A DNA stretch of 35,101 nucleotides from Vicinamibacterales bacterium (GTDB lineage: Bacteria; Acidobacteriota; Vicinamibacteria; Vicinamibacterales; CAVVIG01). The position numbers were made by a program, and so were the translations under genes. The notes beneath the pieces are model-generated. The model saw nothing but the letters and a program-made list of their open reading frames with translations. It was not told the origin of the DNA and did not search any database. Positions 1 to 7,689 of the stretch are shown here, piece after piece (the first letter of the stretch is position 1; each line of letters begins with the position of its first letter). Location of the stretch: the NCBI GenBank assembly GCA_051985095.1, contig JBPYEE010000054.1:1-35101 (forward strand). The letters are read 5' to 3'.

Positions 1-976
1 CGGCGATCGGCAGAAGAATCTTCCAGCCGAAGGCCATCAGCTGGTCGTATCGATACCGCGGCAGTGTCCATCGCATCCACACGTAGAAGAACAGGATGGC
101 GGCGACTTTGATCAGGAACCAGATCCAGCCGAGCGATTCGGGCAGCAGCGGGCCGTGCCAGCCGCCGAGAAAGAGGTCGGTCGCGACGGCCGAGACGGTC
201 ACCATGTTGATGTACTCAGCCAGAAAGAACATCGCGAAGCTCATGCTGCTGTACTCGGTGTGGTAGCCCGCCACGAGCTCCTGCTCCGCCTCCGGAAAAT
301 CGAAGGGGGCGCGGTTGGTCTCCGCAATCCCGGCCGTCATGTAGACGAGAAAGCCGACCGGCTGCAGGAAGACGAACCAGCGCGGCACGACGTGCCACCA
401 GGTTCCCGCCTGGCGGTTGACGACGGCGGTCAGCGACAGCGAGTTCCCGAGGAGCAGCACACTTGCCAGCGCGAGCCCGTACGCCAGCTCGTAGCTGACC
501 ATCTGCGCCGACGAGCGCAGGGCGCCGAGCAGCGAATACTTGCTGTTGGAGCTCCAGCCGGCGAGGACGATCCCGTAGACGCTCATCGACGCGATCGCGA
601 ATACGACGAGGATGCCCACGTCGACGTCGGCGACCTCGAGCTTGAGCGGCGCCGGCAGCAACCCGAACAGCCGCGTCTCCGGTCCGAACGGGATGACGGC
701 GAACGCGGCGAACGCGCAGGTCGCCGAGATGATCGGCGCCAGCGCGAACAGGAACGCATCGGCCGCCCGCGGCCGCAGCTCCTCCTTGAACATCAGTTTG
801 ACGACGTCGGCCATCGGCTGGAGCAGACCCTTGGGGCCGACCAGGTACGGACCGAGGCGCTGCTGCAGAAACCCCGCCAGCTTGCGCTCGACGTAGACCA
901 TGATCGCTGCCGAATTGAGCAGCATGAAGAAGACGAAGAGCGTCAGCACGATCTGCGCGACCAGCAGCGGCGTCAA
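1..976 (-). CDS. nuoH: NADH-quinone oxidoreductase subunit H (partial; C-terminus lies beyond the left window edge)
   Basis: Not in the supplied ORF track. My translation of the minus strand from TTG 976..974 stays open to position 2. It reads ...MVYVERKLAGFLQQRLGPYLVGPKGLLQPMADVVKLMFKEE...GIAETNRAPFDFPEAEQELVAGYHTEYSSMSFAMFFLAEYINMV...RWTLPRYRYDQLMAFGWKILLPIA, which carries NuoH/ND1 signature motifs. The TTG start overlaps the nuoF stop (TTGA). Confidence 0.9.
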   Translation of the reverse strand, partial: MTPLLVAQIVLTLFVFFMLLNSAAIMVYVERKLAGFLQQRLGPYLVGPKGLLQPMADVVKLMFKEELRPRAADAFLFALAPIISATCAFAAFAVIPFGPETRLFGLLPAPLKLEVADVDVGILVVFAIASMSVYGIVLAGWSSNSKYSLLGALRSSAQMVSYELAYGLALASVLLLGNSLSLTAVVNRQAGTWWHVVPRWFVFLQPVGFLVYMTAGIAETNRAPFDFPEAEQELVAGYHTEYSSMSFAMFFLAEYINMVTVSAVATDLFLGGWHGPLLPESLGWIWFLIKVAAILFFYVWMRWTLPRYRYDQLMAFGWKILLPIA

Positions 977-2265
977 TGCGCCCCCACCGGCTGGCCCGCG
1001 CGCCACTCGGCTGGCAGCGTGCAGCGCCCTTCTTTGACGTGCGCCTCGTATTCGTGGCGGAAGTGCTTCAACGTGGTGAGCACGGGCGTCACGGCGGCAT
1101 CGCCGAACGCACAGAGCGTCTTGCCGGCGACATTGGCCGATATGCTCGCCAGCAGGTCGAGATCCCGCATCTGCCCGTCGCCGCGTTCGATCTTCTGCAG
1201 GATCTTGTACAGCCAGTCGGTCCCCTCGCGGCACGGCGTGCACTTGCCGCACGACTCGTGCCGGTAGAAGTGCAACAGGTTCTGCGCCAGCCAGACCATG
1301 CAGGTCGTGTCGTCGAGCACGATAATCGCCGCCGACCCCAGCAGCGATCCCGCTTTCGCAATCGCGTCGAAGCTGGCCGCCGTGTCGAGTTGATCGGGCA
1401 GGAGAAGCGGGACCGAGGATCCCCCGGGGATCACGGCTTTGAGCGTGCGGCCATCCCGGACGCCCCCTGCGTGGCCGTCGATCAATTCGCGCAGCGTGAT
1501 GTTCATCGACGCTTCGAACACGCCGGGCTTCTTGACATGCCCGCTGACGCAGTACAGCTTCGGCCCGCCATTCTTCTCGGGGCCGAGCGCCGCATACCAC
1601 TCGGGCCCGTTGGCGACGATGAGCGGGACATTGCAGAGCGTTTCGACGTTGTTGACCGCCGTCGGCTTCCCGTAGAGACCGACGACCGCCGGAAATGGCG
1701 GTTTGTTGCGGGGCTGCGCCCGCTTTCCTTCGAGCGATTCGAGCAGCGCCGTCTCCTCGCCGGCCTCATAGGCCCCGGCGCCGCGATGCAGGTACACGTC
1801 GCAATCGAACCCGGATCCGAGGATGTTCCTGCCGAGCAGCCCCTTCGCGTAGGCGTCCTCGATCGCGCGCTCGAGGATCTGCTGCACGTGGAAGAACTCG
1901 CCGCGGATGTAGATATAGGCGACCTTCGCGCCGATCGCGTAGCAGCCGATCGCGCATCCTTCGAGCAGCAGATGCGGGTTGCGCTCCATCAACAGGTGGT
2001 CTTTGAAGGTCCCCGGCTCGCTCTCATCGGCGTTGCAGGCGATGTAGCGCGGCTCGATCTTCCGGTCGACGAACTGCCATTTCAGGCCGGTGGGAAATCC
2101 GGCGCCGCCGCGGCCGCGCAGGCCCGACGCCTTCACCATGTCGATGATGCGGTCGGGCGCCAGGGTGAGCGCTTTCTTCAGCGCGTCGTAGCCGCCATGG
2201 GCGAGGTAGAACTCGAGCGTAAAAGCGTTCGGTTCGCGCACGTGCTTGATCAGGATCGGGTCCAT
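973..2265 (-). CDS. nuoF: NADH-quinone oxidoreductase subunit F (FMN/NADH-binding, 4Fe-4S)
   Basis: 430-aa ORF with ...SGLRGRGGAGFPTGLKWQF..., ...NADESEPGTFKD..., ...ESCGKCTPCREG..., the typical NuoF motifs. Sits in nuo gene order. Confidence 0.97.
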   Translation of the reverse strand: MDPILIKHVREPNAFTLEFYLAHGGYDALKKALTLAPDRIIDMVKASGLRGRGGAGFPTGLKWQFVDRKIEPRYIACNADESEPGTFKDHLLMERNPHLLLEGCAIGCYAIGAKVAYIYIRGEFFHVQQILERAIEDAYAKGLLGRNILGSGFDCDVYLHRGAGAYEAGEETALLESLEGKRAQPRNKPPFPAVVGLYGKPTAVNNVETLCNVPLIVANGPEWYAALGPEKNGGPKLYCVSGHVKKPGVFEASMNITLRELIDGHAGGVRDGRTLKAVIPGGSSVPLLLPDQLDTAASFDAIAKAGSLLGSAAIIVLDDTTCMVWLAQNLLHFYRHESCGKCTPCREGTDWLYKILQKIERGDGQMRDLDLLASISANVAGKTLCAFGDAAVTPVLTTLKHFRHEYEAHVKEGRCTLPAEWRAGQPVGAH

Positions 2266-2867
2266 GGCTTCTGTTCGACGTGGTGATGGCAGCCGCTCAA
2301 AGCGGGTTCGCCCCGCACGCGCAGGTCATCGACCAGTTGCGACACCGCGCCAGGCTGCAGGCATTCGTGCCAGGCGTCGTTCACCAGAACGACCGGCGCC
2401 CGATCGCACGCGCCGAGACACTCGACTTCCAGCAGCGTAAACGTACCGGTCGCATCGGTCTGTCCTGGCAGGATGCCGAGCTTCGCCGAGAGCGCTTCGG
2501 TCACCCGCTCGGCGCCGTTGAGGGCGCACGACAACGTCCGGCAGACATTCAGCACGAACTTCCCGACCGGCTTCGTGTAGAACATGCTGTAGTACGACAC
2601 GACATCCTCGACGTCGGCGCGGGTCATGCCGAGCAGCTCCGCCACATATCGAATCGCGTTGGCCGTGATATAGCCGTGCTGCGACTGGACGAGATACAAG
2701 GCCGGCAGGACGGCCGATCGGCGTTGCTCGGGCGGATACCGTTTGACGATTTCCTCGAACCGGGCGCGGTTCGCCGCGGTGTAGGTAAACGGCGGTCCCT
2801 CGTCCTCGAGGGCGCGGGCCGACTTGTGAAAGGTGGCGTCGTACGCCATCGTCGGATGAAAGCTCAC
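2250..2867 (-). CDS. nuoE: NADH-quinone oxidoreductase subunit E (2Fe-2S)
   Basis: 205-aa ORF with the NuoE pattern ...VLPALYLVQSQHGYI...NVCRTLSCALNG...LLEVECLGACDRAPVVLVND. The GTG start overlaps the nuoD stop (GTGA), and the 3' end overlaps the nuoF start by 16 nt. Confidence 0.95.
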   Translation of the reverse strand: MSFHPTMAYDATFHKSARALEDEGPPFTYTAANRARFEEIVKRYPPEQRRSAVLPALYLVQSQHGYITANAIRYVAELLGMTRADVEDVVSYYSMFYTKPVGKFVLNVCRTLSCALNGAERVTEALSAKLGILPGQTDATGTFTLLEVECLGACDRAPVVLVNDAWHECLQPGAVSQLVDDLRVRGEPALSGCHHHVEQKPWTRS

Positions 2868-4045
2868 CGGTCCACGTCTCCCATCACCACGTCAATCGAT
2901 CCAATGACGGCGATCACATCGGCGATCAGGCCGCCGACAATCAGCTGTTCGAGCGCCTGGCACGCCAGCAGCGACGGGGCGCGCGCCTTGACGCGCCACG
3001 GGCGGTTCGTCCCGTCCGACACGACATAGAATCCGTGCTCGCCGCGCGGGCCCTCGACCGGCACGTAAGCCTCCCCGGCCGGCACGGTAAACCCCTGCGA
3101 ATAAATCAGGAAGTGCTGGATCAGCGCTTCCATTTCCGTGTACACGCGATCCTTCGGCGGAGGCGTGATCCGCGGATCGCTGACCGCGTAGGCCCCGGTC
3201 GGCGCGATCCGGTCGAGCGCCTGCCGGCAGATCCGAACGCTCTCGCGCATCTCGGCGACGCGCACCTGATACCGGGCGTAGGCGTCGCCCGCCGTCCGGG
3301 TCGGCACGGTGAACTCGTAGGTGTCGTAGCCGGTATAGGGGAAGACCTTCCGGACGTCGTAGTCGAGACCCGCGGCGCGGCCAATCGGCCCGACCAGACC
3401 ATACGCGAGCGCCGCGTCGCGGCCAATCACGCCGACGCCGCGCGTGCGCTTCAGATAAATCTCGTTCTGTGTCAGCAGGTCTTCGTACTCGTTCAGCTTT
3501 GGTCCGAACCGGTCGAGAAAGGCGCGCACCGTCTCGTGGAACTGCCGCGGCAGATCCTCCCGCAAGCCGCCGATGCGCAGGTAGCTCGGAAACATGCGGA
3601 ACCCGGCGAGCAGCTCGTTGATGTTCAGCAGCAGCTCCCGTTCCCGGAAGCAGTACATCATCACCGACACGGCGCCAACTTCCATGCCGTGCGTCCCGAG
3701 CCACACCAGATGACTGTTGATCCGTTGCAGCTCGGCGATGAGCACCCGGATATCGCGCACGCGCGCGGGCACCTCGATCCCGAGCAGCTGCTCCACCGCC
3801 AGACAGAACCCCAGCGAGTTGGACTGCGCGCTCAGGTAATCCATCCGCTCCACGAGCGGGATCACCTGCTGCCATTTCTTCTGCTCCGCGGTTTTCTCGA
3901 TGCCGGTGTGGAGGTATCCGATTGTCGGAGAGGCCGACCGGATCGTTTCGCCGTCGAGCTGGAGGACGAGCCTGAGCACACCGTGGGTGCTCGGATGCTG
4001 CGGCCCCATGTTGACGGTCATCGTTTCGGTCCTGATCTCAGCCAT
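2864..4045 (-). CDS. nuoD: NADH-quinone oxidoreductase subunit D
   Basis: Track ORF 2864..4312 trimmed to the ATG at 4045..4043. From there MAEIRTETMTVNMGPQHPSTHGVLRLVLQLDGE... matches the canonical NuoD N-terminus. The upstream 89 codons are Arg/Ser-rich and overlap the SIS gene. Confidence 0.95.
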   Translation of the reverse strand: MAEIRTETMTVNMGPQHPSTHGVLRLVLQLDGETIRSASPTIGYLHTGIEKTAEQKKWQQVIPLVERMDYLSAQSNSLGFCLAVEQLLGIEVPARVRDIRVLIAELQRINSHLVWLGTHGMEVGAVSVMMYCFRERELLLNINELLAGFRMFPSYLRIGGLREDLPRQFHETVRAFLDRFGPKLNEYEDLLTQNEIYLKRTRGVGVIGRDAALAYGLVGPIGRAAGLDYDVRKVFPYTGYDTYEFTVPTRTAGDAYARYQVRVAEMRESVRICRQALDRIAPTGAYAVSDPRITPPPKDRVYTEMEALIQHFLIYSQGFTVPAGEAYVPVEGPRGEHGFYVVSDGTNRPWRVKARAPSLLACQALEQLIVGGLIADVIAVIGSIDVVMGDVDR

Positions 4046-4076
4046 CAGAACGTTCCCCGCCCCGTTCCACCCCCGG

Positions 4077-4643
4077 TCACCCGATGGTCCTCTCGACGAG
4101 GTCGCAGAGGACGTGCAACAACGTGCGATGCACTTCCTGCACGCGCGGCGTCGACGCCGACGGCACGTTGATGTGGACGCCGGCCGCACGGCCGACCGCG
4201 CCGCCGTCCCCCCCGGTGAGCGCGATCGTGTGGAGCTGGCGTCTCGCGGCCGCCTCGAGCGCGGCGACGACATTCGCCGAGCGCCCGCTGGTGCTGATCC
4301 CGAACGCGACATCGCCCGCCTGCCCGATTGCCACGATCTGGTGGGCGAACACCTGCTCGTAGCCGTAATCGTTGCCGATGGCCGTCACCACGCTGGAATC
4401 CGTCGTCAGCGCGAGCGCGGCGAAGGGCCGCCGGTCGCGCTGAAATCGTCCCACGAGCTCCGCGGCGACGTGTTGCGCATCCGAGGCGCTGCCGCCGTTG
4501 CCGAAGAGCAACAGTTTTCGTCCGCTCCGCAGCGCCTCGGCGATCACGGCCGCCGCCGTCAGCAGCGGCGTCGGATCGGCTTCCATGACCTGCGCATGGA
4601 GCGCGATCGTGTCGGCGATCGCCGTGCGCACGGGATCGCTCAC
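4077..4643 (-). CDS. SIS-domain protein of the GmhA/DiaA (phosphoheptose isomerase-like) family, embedded in the nuo operon
   Basis: Track ORF 4077..4994 trimmed to GTG 4643..4641, which overlaps the nuoC TGA (GTGA). The 188-aa product contains ...RKLLLFGNGGSASDAQHVAAELVGRF...AIGNDYGYEQVF...GDVAFGISTSGRSANVV...TIALTGGDGG...RVQEVHRTLLHVLCDLVE. This is co-linear with E. coli GmhA motifs (CGNGGS..DA.HFAEEL.GR, GISTSGNS.NV, LTG.DGG, IQE.H). Confidence 0.85.
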   Translation of the reverse strand: MSDPVRTAIADTIALHAQVMEADPTPLLTAAAVIAEALRSGRKLLLFGNGGSASDAQHVAAELVGRFQRDRRPFAALALTTDSSVVTAIGNDYGYEQVFAHQIVAIGQAGDVAFGISTSGRSANVVAALEAAARRQLHTIALTGGDGGAVGRAAGVHINVPSASTPRVQEVHRTLLHVLCDLVERTIG

Positions 4644-5184
4644 GGGCGGATCAGACGGTCGCGGTCGAGGTTGCGCCGGAATTCCTCCTCCGTCAGCTGC
4701 AGCGGCTCGGCGACATCGGTGCCCTTGCGAATCTGCACCGGGTAGTCCTTGCGCAGCGGAAACCCCTCCCAGTCGTCCGGCATCAGCAGCCGCCGCGGAT
4801 CGGGATGCCGGGTGAACACAATCCCGAACATGTCCCACACTTCGCGTTCGAGCCAGTTCGCCGCGGGCCATACGTCGCTGACCGTCGTCACCTGCGCGTC
4901 GGCGGCGTACAACCGCACCTTCATCCGCATCCGGCGGCGGTGCGCGATCGAGACCAGCGCATACACCAGCTCGAAGCGGGGATCGCGCGGCCAATAATCG
5001 GTCGCCGTCAACTCCGCGAGAAAGGCGAACGCGAGGTCGGGGTGGTCGCGAAGGGCGCGCGCCACCCCCGGGACGTCGTCCCGGGCCACGAACACGGTCG
5101 TGTGGAGATCGACCGAAGGCACCGATTCGAATTGCACGTCGGGAATCGCCTGGTGCAGCGAAGCGAGGAACGCGTCGTGGTCCA

Positions 5185-5185
<1 letters not shown>
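4640..5185 (-). CDS. nuoC: NADH-quinone oxidoreductase subunit C
   Basis: Track ORF 4640..5593 trimmed to ATG 5185..5183, which overlaps the nuoB stop as TGATG. The 181-aa product has the NuoC core ...ELTATDYWPRDPRFELVYAL...VWPAANWLEREVWDMFGIVFTRHPDPRRLLMPDDWEGFPLRKDYP. Confidence 0.93.
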
Positions 5186-5632
<447 letters not shown>

Positions 5633-5649
<17 letters not shown>

Positions 5650-6004
5650 CGTGTCCCCAGTCGAGGGCCCCTTTGCGCCAGACGTAGATGTAACCGGTCA
5701 CCAGGAGCGCCATGAAGAGCAGCAGCTCCACAAAGCCATTCCATCCCAGCTGGCGCAGCGCCATCGCCCAGGGATACAGGAACGCCACTTCGATGTCGAA
5801 CAGCAGGAAAATCATCGCCACGAGGTAGAACTTGACCGACTGGCGCTCGCGTGCATCGCCGACGGGGGGCATCCCGCACTCGTACGGCGCTTCCTTTTCA
5901 GGCGTCGGTTTACGCGGCCCCAGGACGCTCGACAGCAGGATCGAGACCAGCGCGAAGCCGGCGCCGAGCGCGATCATGATCAGGATTGAGAGCCACCCTT
6001 GCAT
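5633..6004 (-). CDS. nuoA: NADH-quinone oxidoreductase subunit A
   Basis: 123-aa membrane protein with ...[41 protein letters not shown]..., the NuoA/ND3 signature. First gene of the operon, upstream of nuoB. Confidence 0.93.
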
Positions 6005-6121
6005 CGTCGTCGTGGGCAGGTCTAGGCTTGTGAACGATTTCGCAAGCTAAAGCCTCATGCTAACACACAGTCCTCGGTCGCCACGCGGCGGCCGGCCGTC
6101 GGTTGCGACGCTGAGCTAGGC

Positions 6122-7375
6122 GTGACGGGCCGGCTCGCCTGGTTTTCGCCGCTGCCGCCGACCCGTTCAGGGATTGCGGCGTACAGCGCCGACCTGCTGC
6201 CGTACCTCGGGCGCCGATACACCATCGAGACATTCGAGGAAGGGCGCGCGCACGACTTCGTCTGGCAGCATCGCCGCGACCCGTACGAGCTGGTCGTGTA
6301 CCACATCGGCAATGCGCCGTGTCACGACTACATGTGGGCGTACCTGATCGTGTATCCCGGTCTCGTCGTGCTGCACGCCGCACGACTCCACCACGCGCGC
6401 GCGCGGCAACTGCTGGCCGCGAACCGGATCGACGGCTACCGCGACGAGTTCTGGTACGACCATCCCGACGCGCCGCGCCACGTCGTCGACTACACCATCG
6501 CCGGGCTGGGCGGACCGATCGCCTACTTCTGGCCGATGCGCCGCCTGATCCTGCAGACGGCGCGTCTCGTGGCCGTGCACAGCGAGCGGGTGGCCGGCGA
6601 CCTTCGCGACGAACATCCCCGGGCGCCGATCGACGTGATCCGGATGGGCGTGCCGGCGTCCGGCGCGACGAGCGAGGCGCGCGCGGCGACCCGACGGGCG
6701 CTGTCGATCCCGGATTCGGCCGTCGCGTTCGCCGTGTTCGGCAAGATGACCGGCGAGAAACGTCTCGCCCCCATCGTGCGCGCGCTCGCCGCGCTCGCCG
6801 GCTCCGGCCTCGACGTCCACCTGCTGCTCGTGGGCGACGCGACCGAGTTGCACGCCCTGCCGGCGGCGCTGCCGCACGTCGCGCGTCGCGTGCACGCTGT
6901 GGGCTACGTCACCGACGCGGCCGTCGCCGGGTATCTCGCCGCCGCCGACGTCTGCCTCTGCCTGCGCTGGCCGACGGCGCTCGAGACCTCCGCGTCATGG
7001 CTACGATGCCTCGCGGCGGGACGCGCGACGGTGGTCACCGACCTGGCCCACACCGCCGACGTGCCGGCGGAGGTGGCGCTGCGCGTCGATCTGCTGGACG
7101 AAGAGGCCTCGCTGAGTGGCGCCATGCGTGCGCTCGCGACCGACGAGGCGCTCCGCCGGCGCGTGGCGCGGGCGGGGCACGAGTGGTGGCTCGCCCATCA
7201 CACGGTGGAGATGATGGCCGACGATTACCGGCGCGTGCTGGAGCGGGCGGCGGCGCTGCCGGCGCCCGCCGCGCCGGATCTCCCGCGGCATGCGCGCGAG
7301 GATTACGCCGAAGCGGCGCGGGCGCGGGCGCGCCCTTTCGACATCGCCCTCGACGACTACTGGCGCGGTCGTTGA
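6122..7375 (+). CDS. Glycosyltransferase (GT-B fold, GT4/GT1-like)
   Basis: 417-aa ORF with a GTG start. N-terminus ...RLAWFSPLPPTRSGIAAYS... and a C-terminal ...LCLRWPTALETSASWLRCLAAGRATVV... resemble the E-x7-E region of retaining GT-B glycosyltransferases. Family call made by eye only. Confidence 0.7.
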   Translation: MTGRLAWFSPLPPTRSGIAAYSADLLPYLGRRYTIETFEEGRAHDFVWQHRRDPYELVVYHIGNAPCHDYMWAYLIVYPGLVVLHAARLHHARARQLLAANRIDGYRDEFWYDHPDAPRHVVDYTIAGLGGPIAYFWPMRRLILQTARLVAVHSERVAGDLRDEHPRAPIDVIRMGVPASGATSEARAATRRALSIPDSAVAFAVFGKMTGEKRLAPIVRALAALAGSGLDVHLLLVGDATELHALPAALPHVARRVHAVGYVTDAAVAGYLAAADVCLCLRWPTALETSASWLRCLAAGRATVVTDLAHTADVPAEVALRVDLLDEEASLSGAMRALATDEALRRRVARAGHEWWLAHHTVEMMADDYRRVLERAAALPAPAAPDLPRHAREDYAEAARARARPFDIALDDYWRGR

Positions 7376-7394
7376 CCGGGGGGCGCCGACGCCG

Positions 7395-7664
7395 TTACGC
7401 CCCGAGGGCCGCGGTGGCATCGGCGATGCGGCGTTCGACTTCCGCAATCGCCTGTCGGAGTTGCGTCTTGCGGCGATCGTTTGTGGTGGCGGCGAGCTGG
7501 GCGTCGAGCTCTTTGCGCGCCAGTCTCAACGATTCGAGCGCGCGAACCTTTTCAGGGTCGCGCACTGTTCTGGTCTGTGTCCGGGCCCGCTCGCGCTCGA
7601 GCTCCTCCATGCGTTCCTGAATGCGGGAATCCTGGTCGATGAGTCCTTCGCCGGCATCACCCAT
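7395..7664 (-). CDS. Small charged coiled-coil protein, function unknown
   Basis: Track ORF 7395..7709 trimmed to ATG 7664..7662, which avoids overlapping the lhr start. The sequence is heptad-like and Glu/Arg-rich (MGDAGEGLIDQDSRIQERMEELERERART...QAIAEVERRIADATAALGA). A perfect TATAAT lies 9 nt upstream on this strand. No family recognised. Confidence 0.5.
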   Translation of the reverse strand: MGDAGEGLIDQDSRIQERMEELERERARTQTRTVRDPEKVRALESLRLARKELDAQLAATTNDRRKTQLRQAIAEVERRIADATAALGA

Positions 7665-7673
7665 AATCCGCAC

Positions 7674-7681
7674 ATTATAAG
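7674..7681. promoter_or_regulatory. Shared AT-rich -10-like box in a 25-bp divergent intergenic region
   Basis: The minus strand reads TATAAT 9 nt upstream of ATG 7664. The plus strand reads TATAAG 8 nt upstream of the lhr GTG at 7690. This is the only AT-rich element between the two start codons. Confidence 0.3.
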
Positions 7682-7689
7682 ATGGCGAC

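Noticed and set aside
155-2286. Long plus-strand ORFs 155..1267 (370 aa) and 976..2286 (436 aa)
   Set aside because: They are antisense to nuoH and nuoF, whose translations carry unmistakable family motifs. The products are Arg/Asp/Glu/Ala-rich low-complexity shadows typical of high-GC DNA.
4046-4312. 89-codon N-terminal extension of the nuoD ORF
   Set aside because: The extension is an Arg/Ser-rich sequence overlapping the SIS gene in another frame. The canonical NuoD N-terminus begins at ATG 4045.
4644-4994. Upstream extension of the SIS-domain ORF (track 4077..4994)
   Set aside because: It overlaps the well-supported nuoC 3' half in another frame. The GmhA-like similarity starts just after GTG 4643, which is start/stop-coupled to nuoC.
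6319-7620. 433-aa plus-strand ORF
   Set aside because: It is an out-of-frame shadow of the glycosyltransferase gene, extremely Arg-rich (RRRR runs), with no motif.
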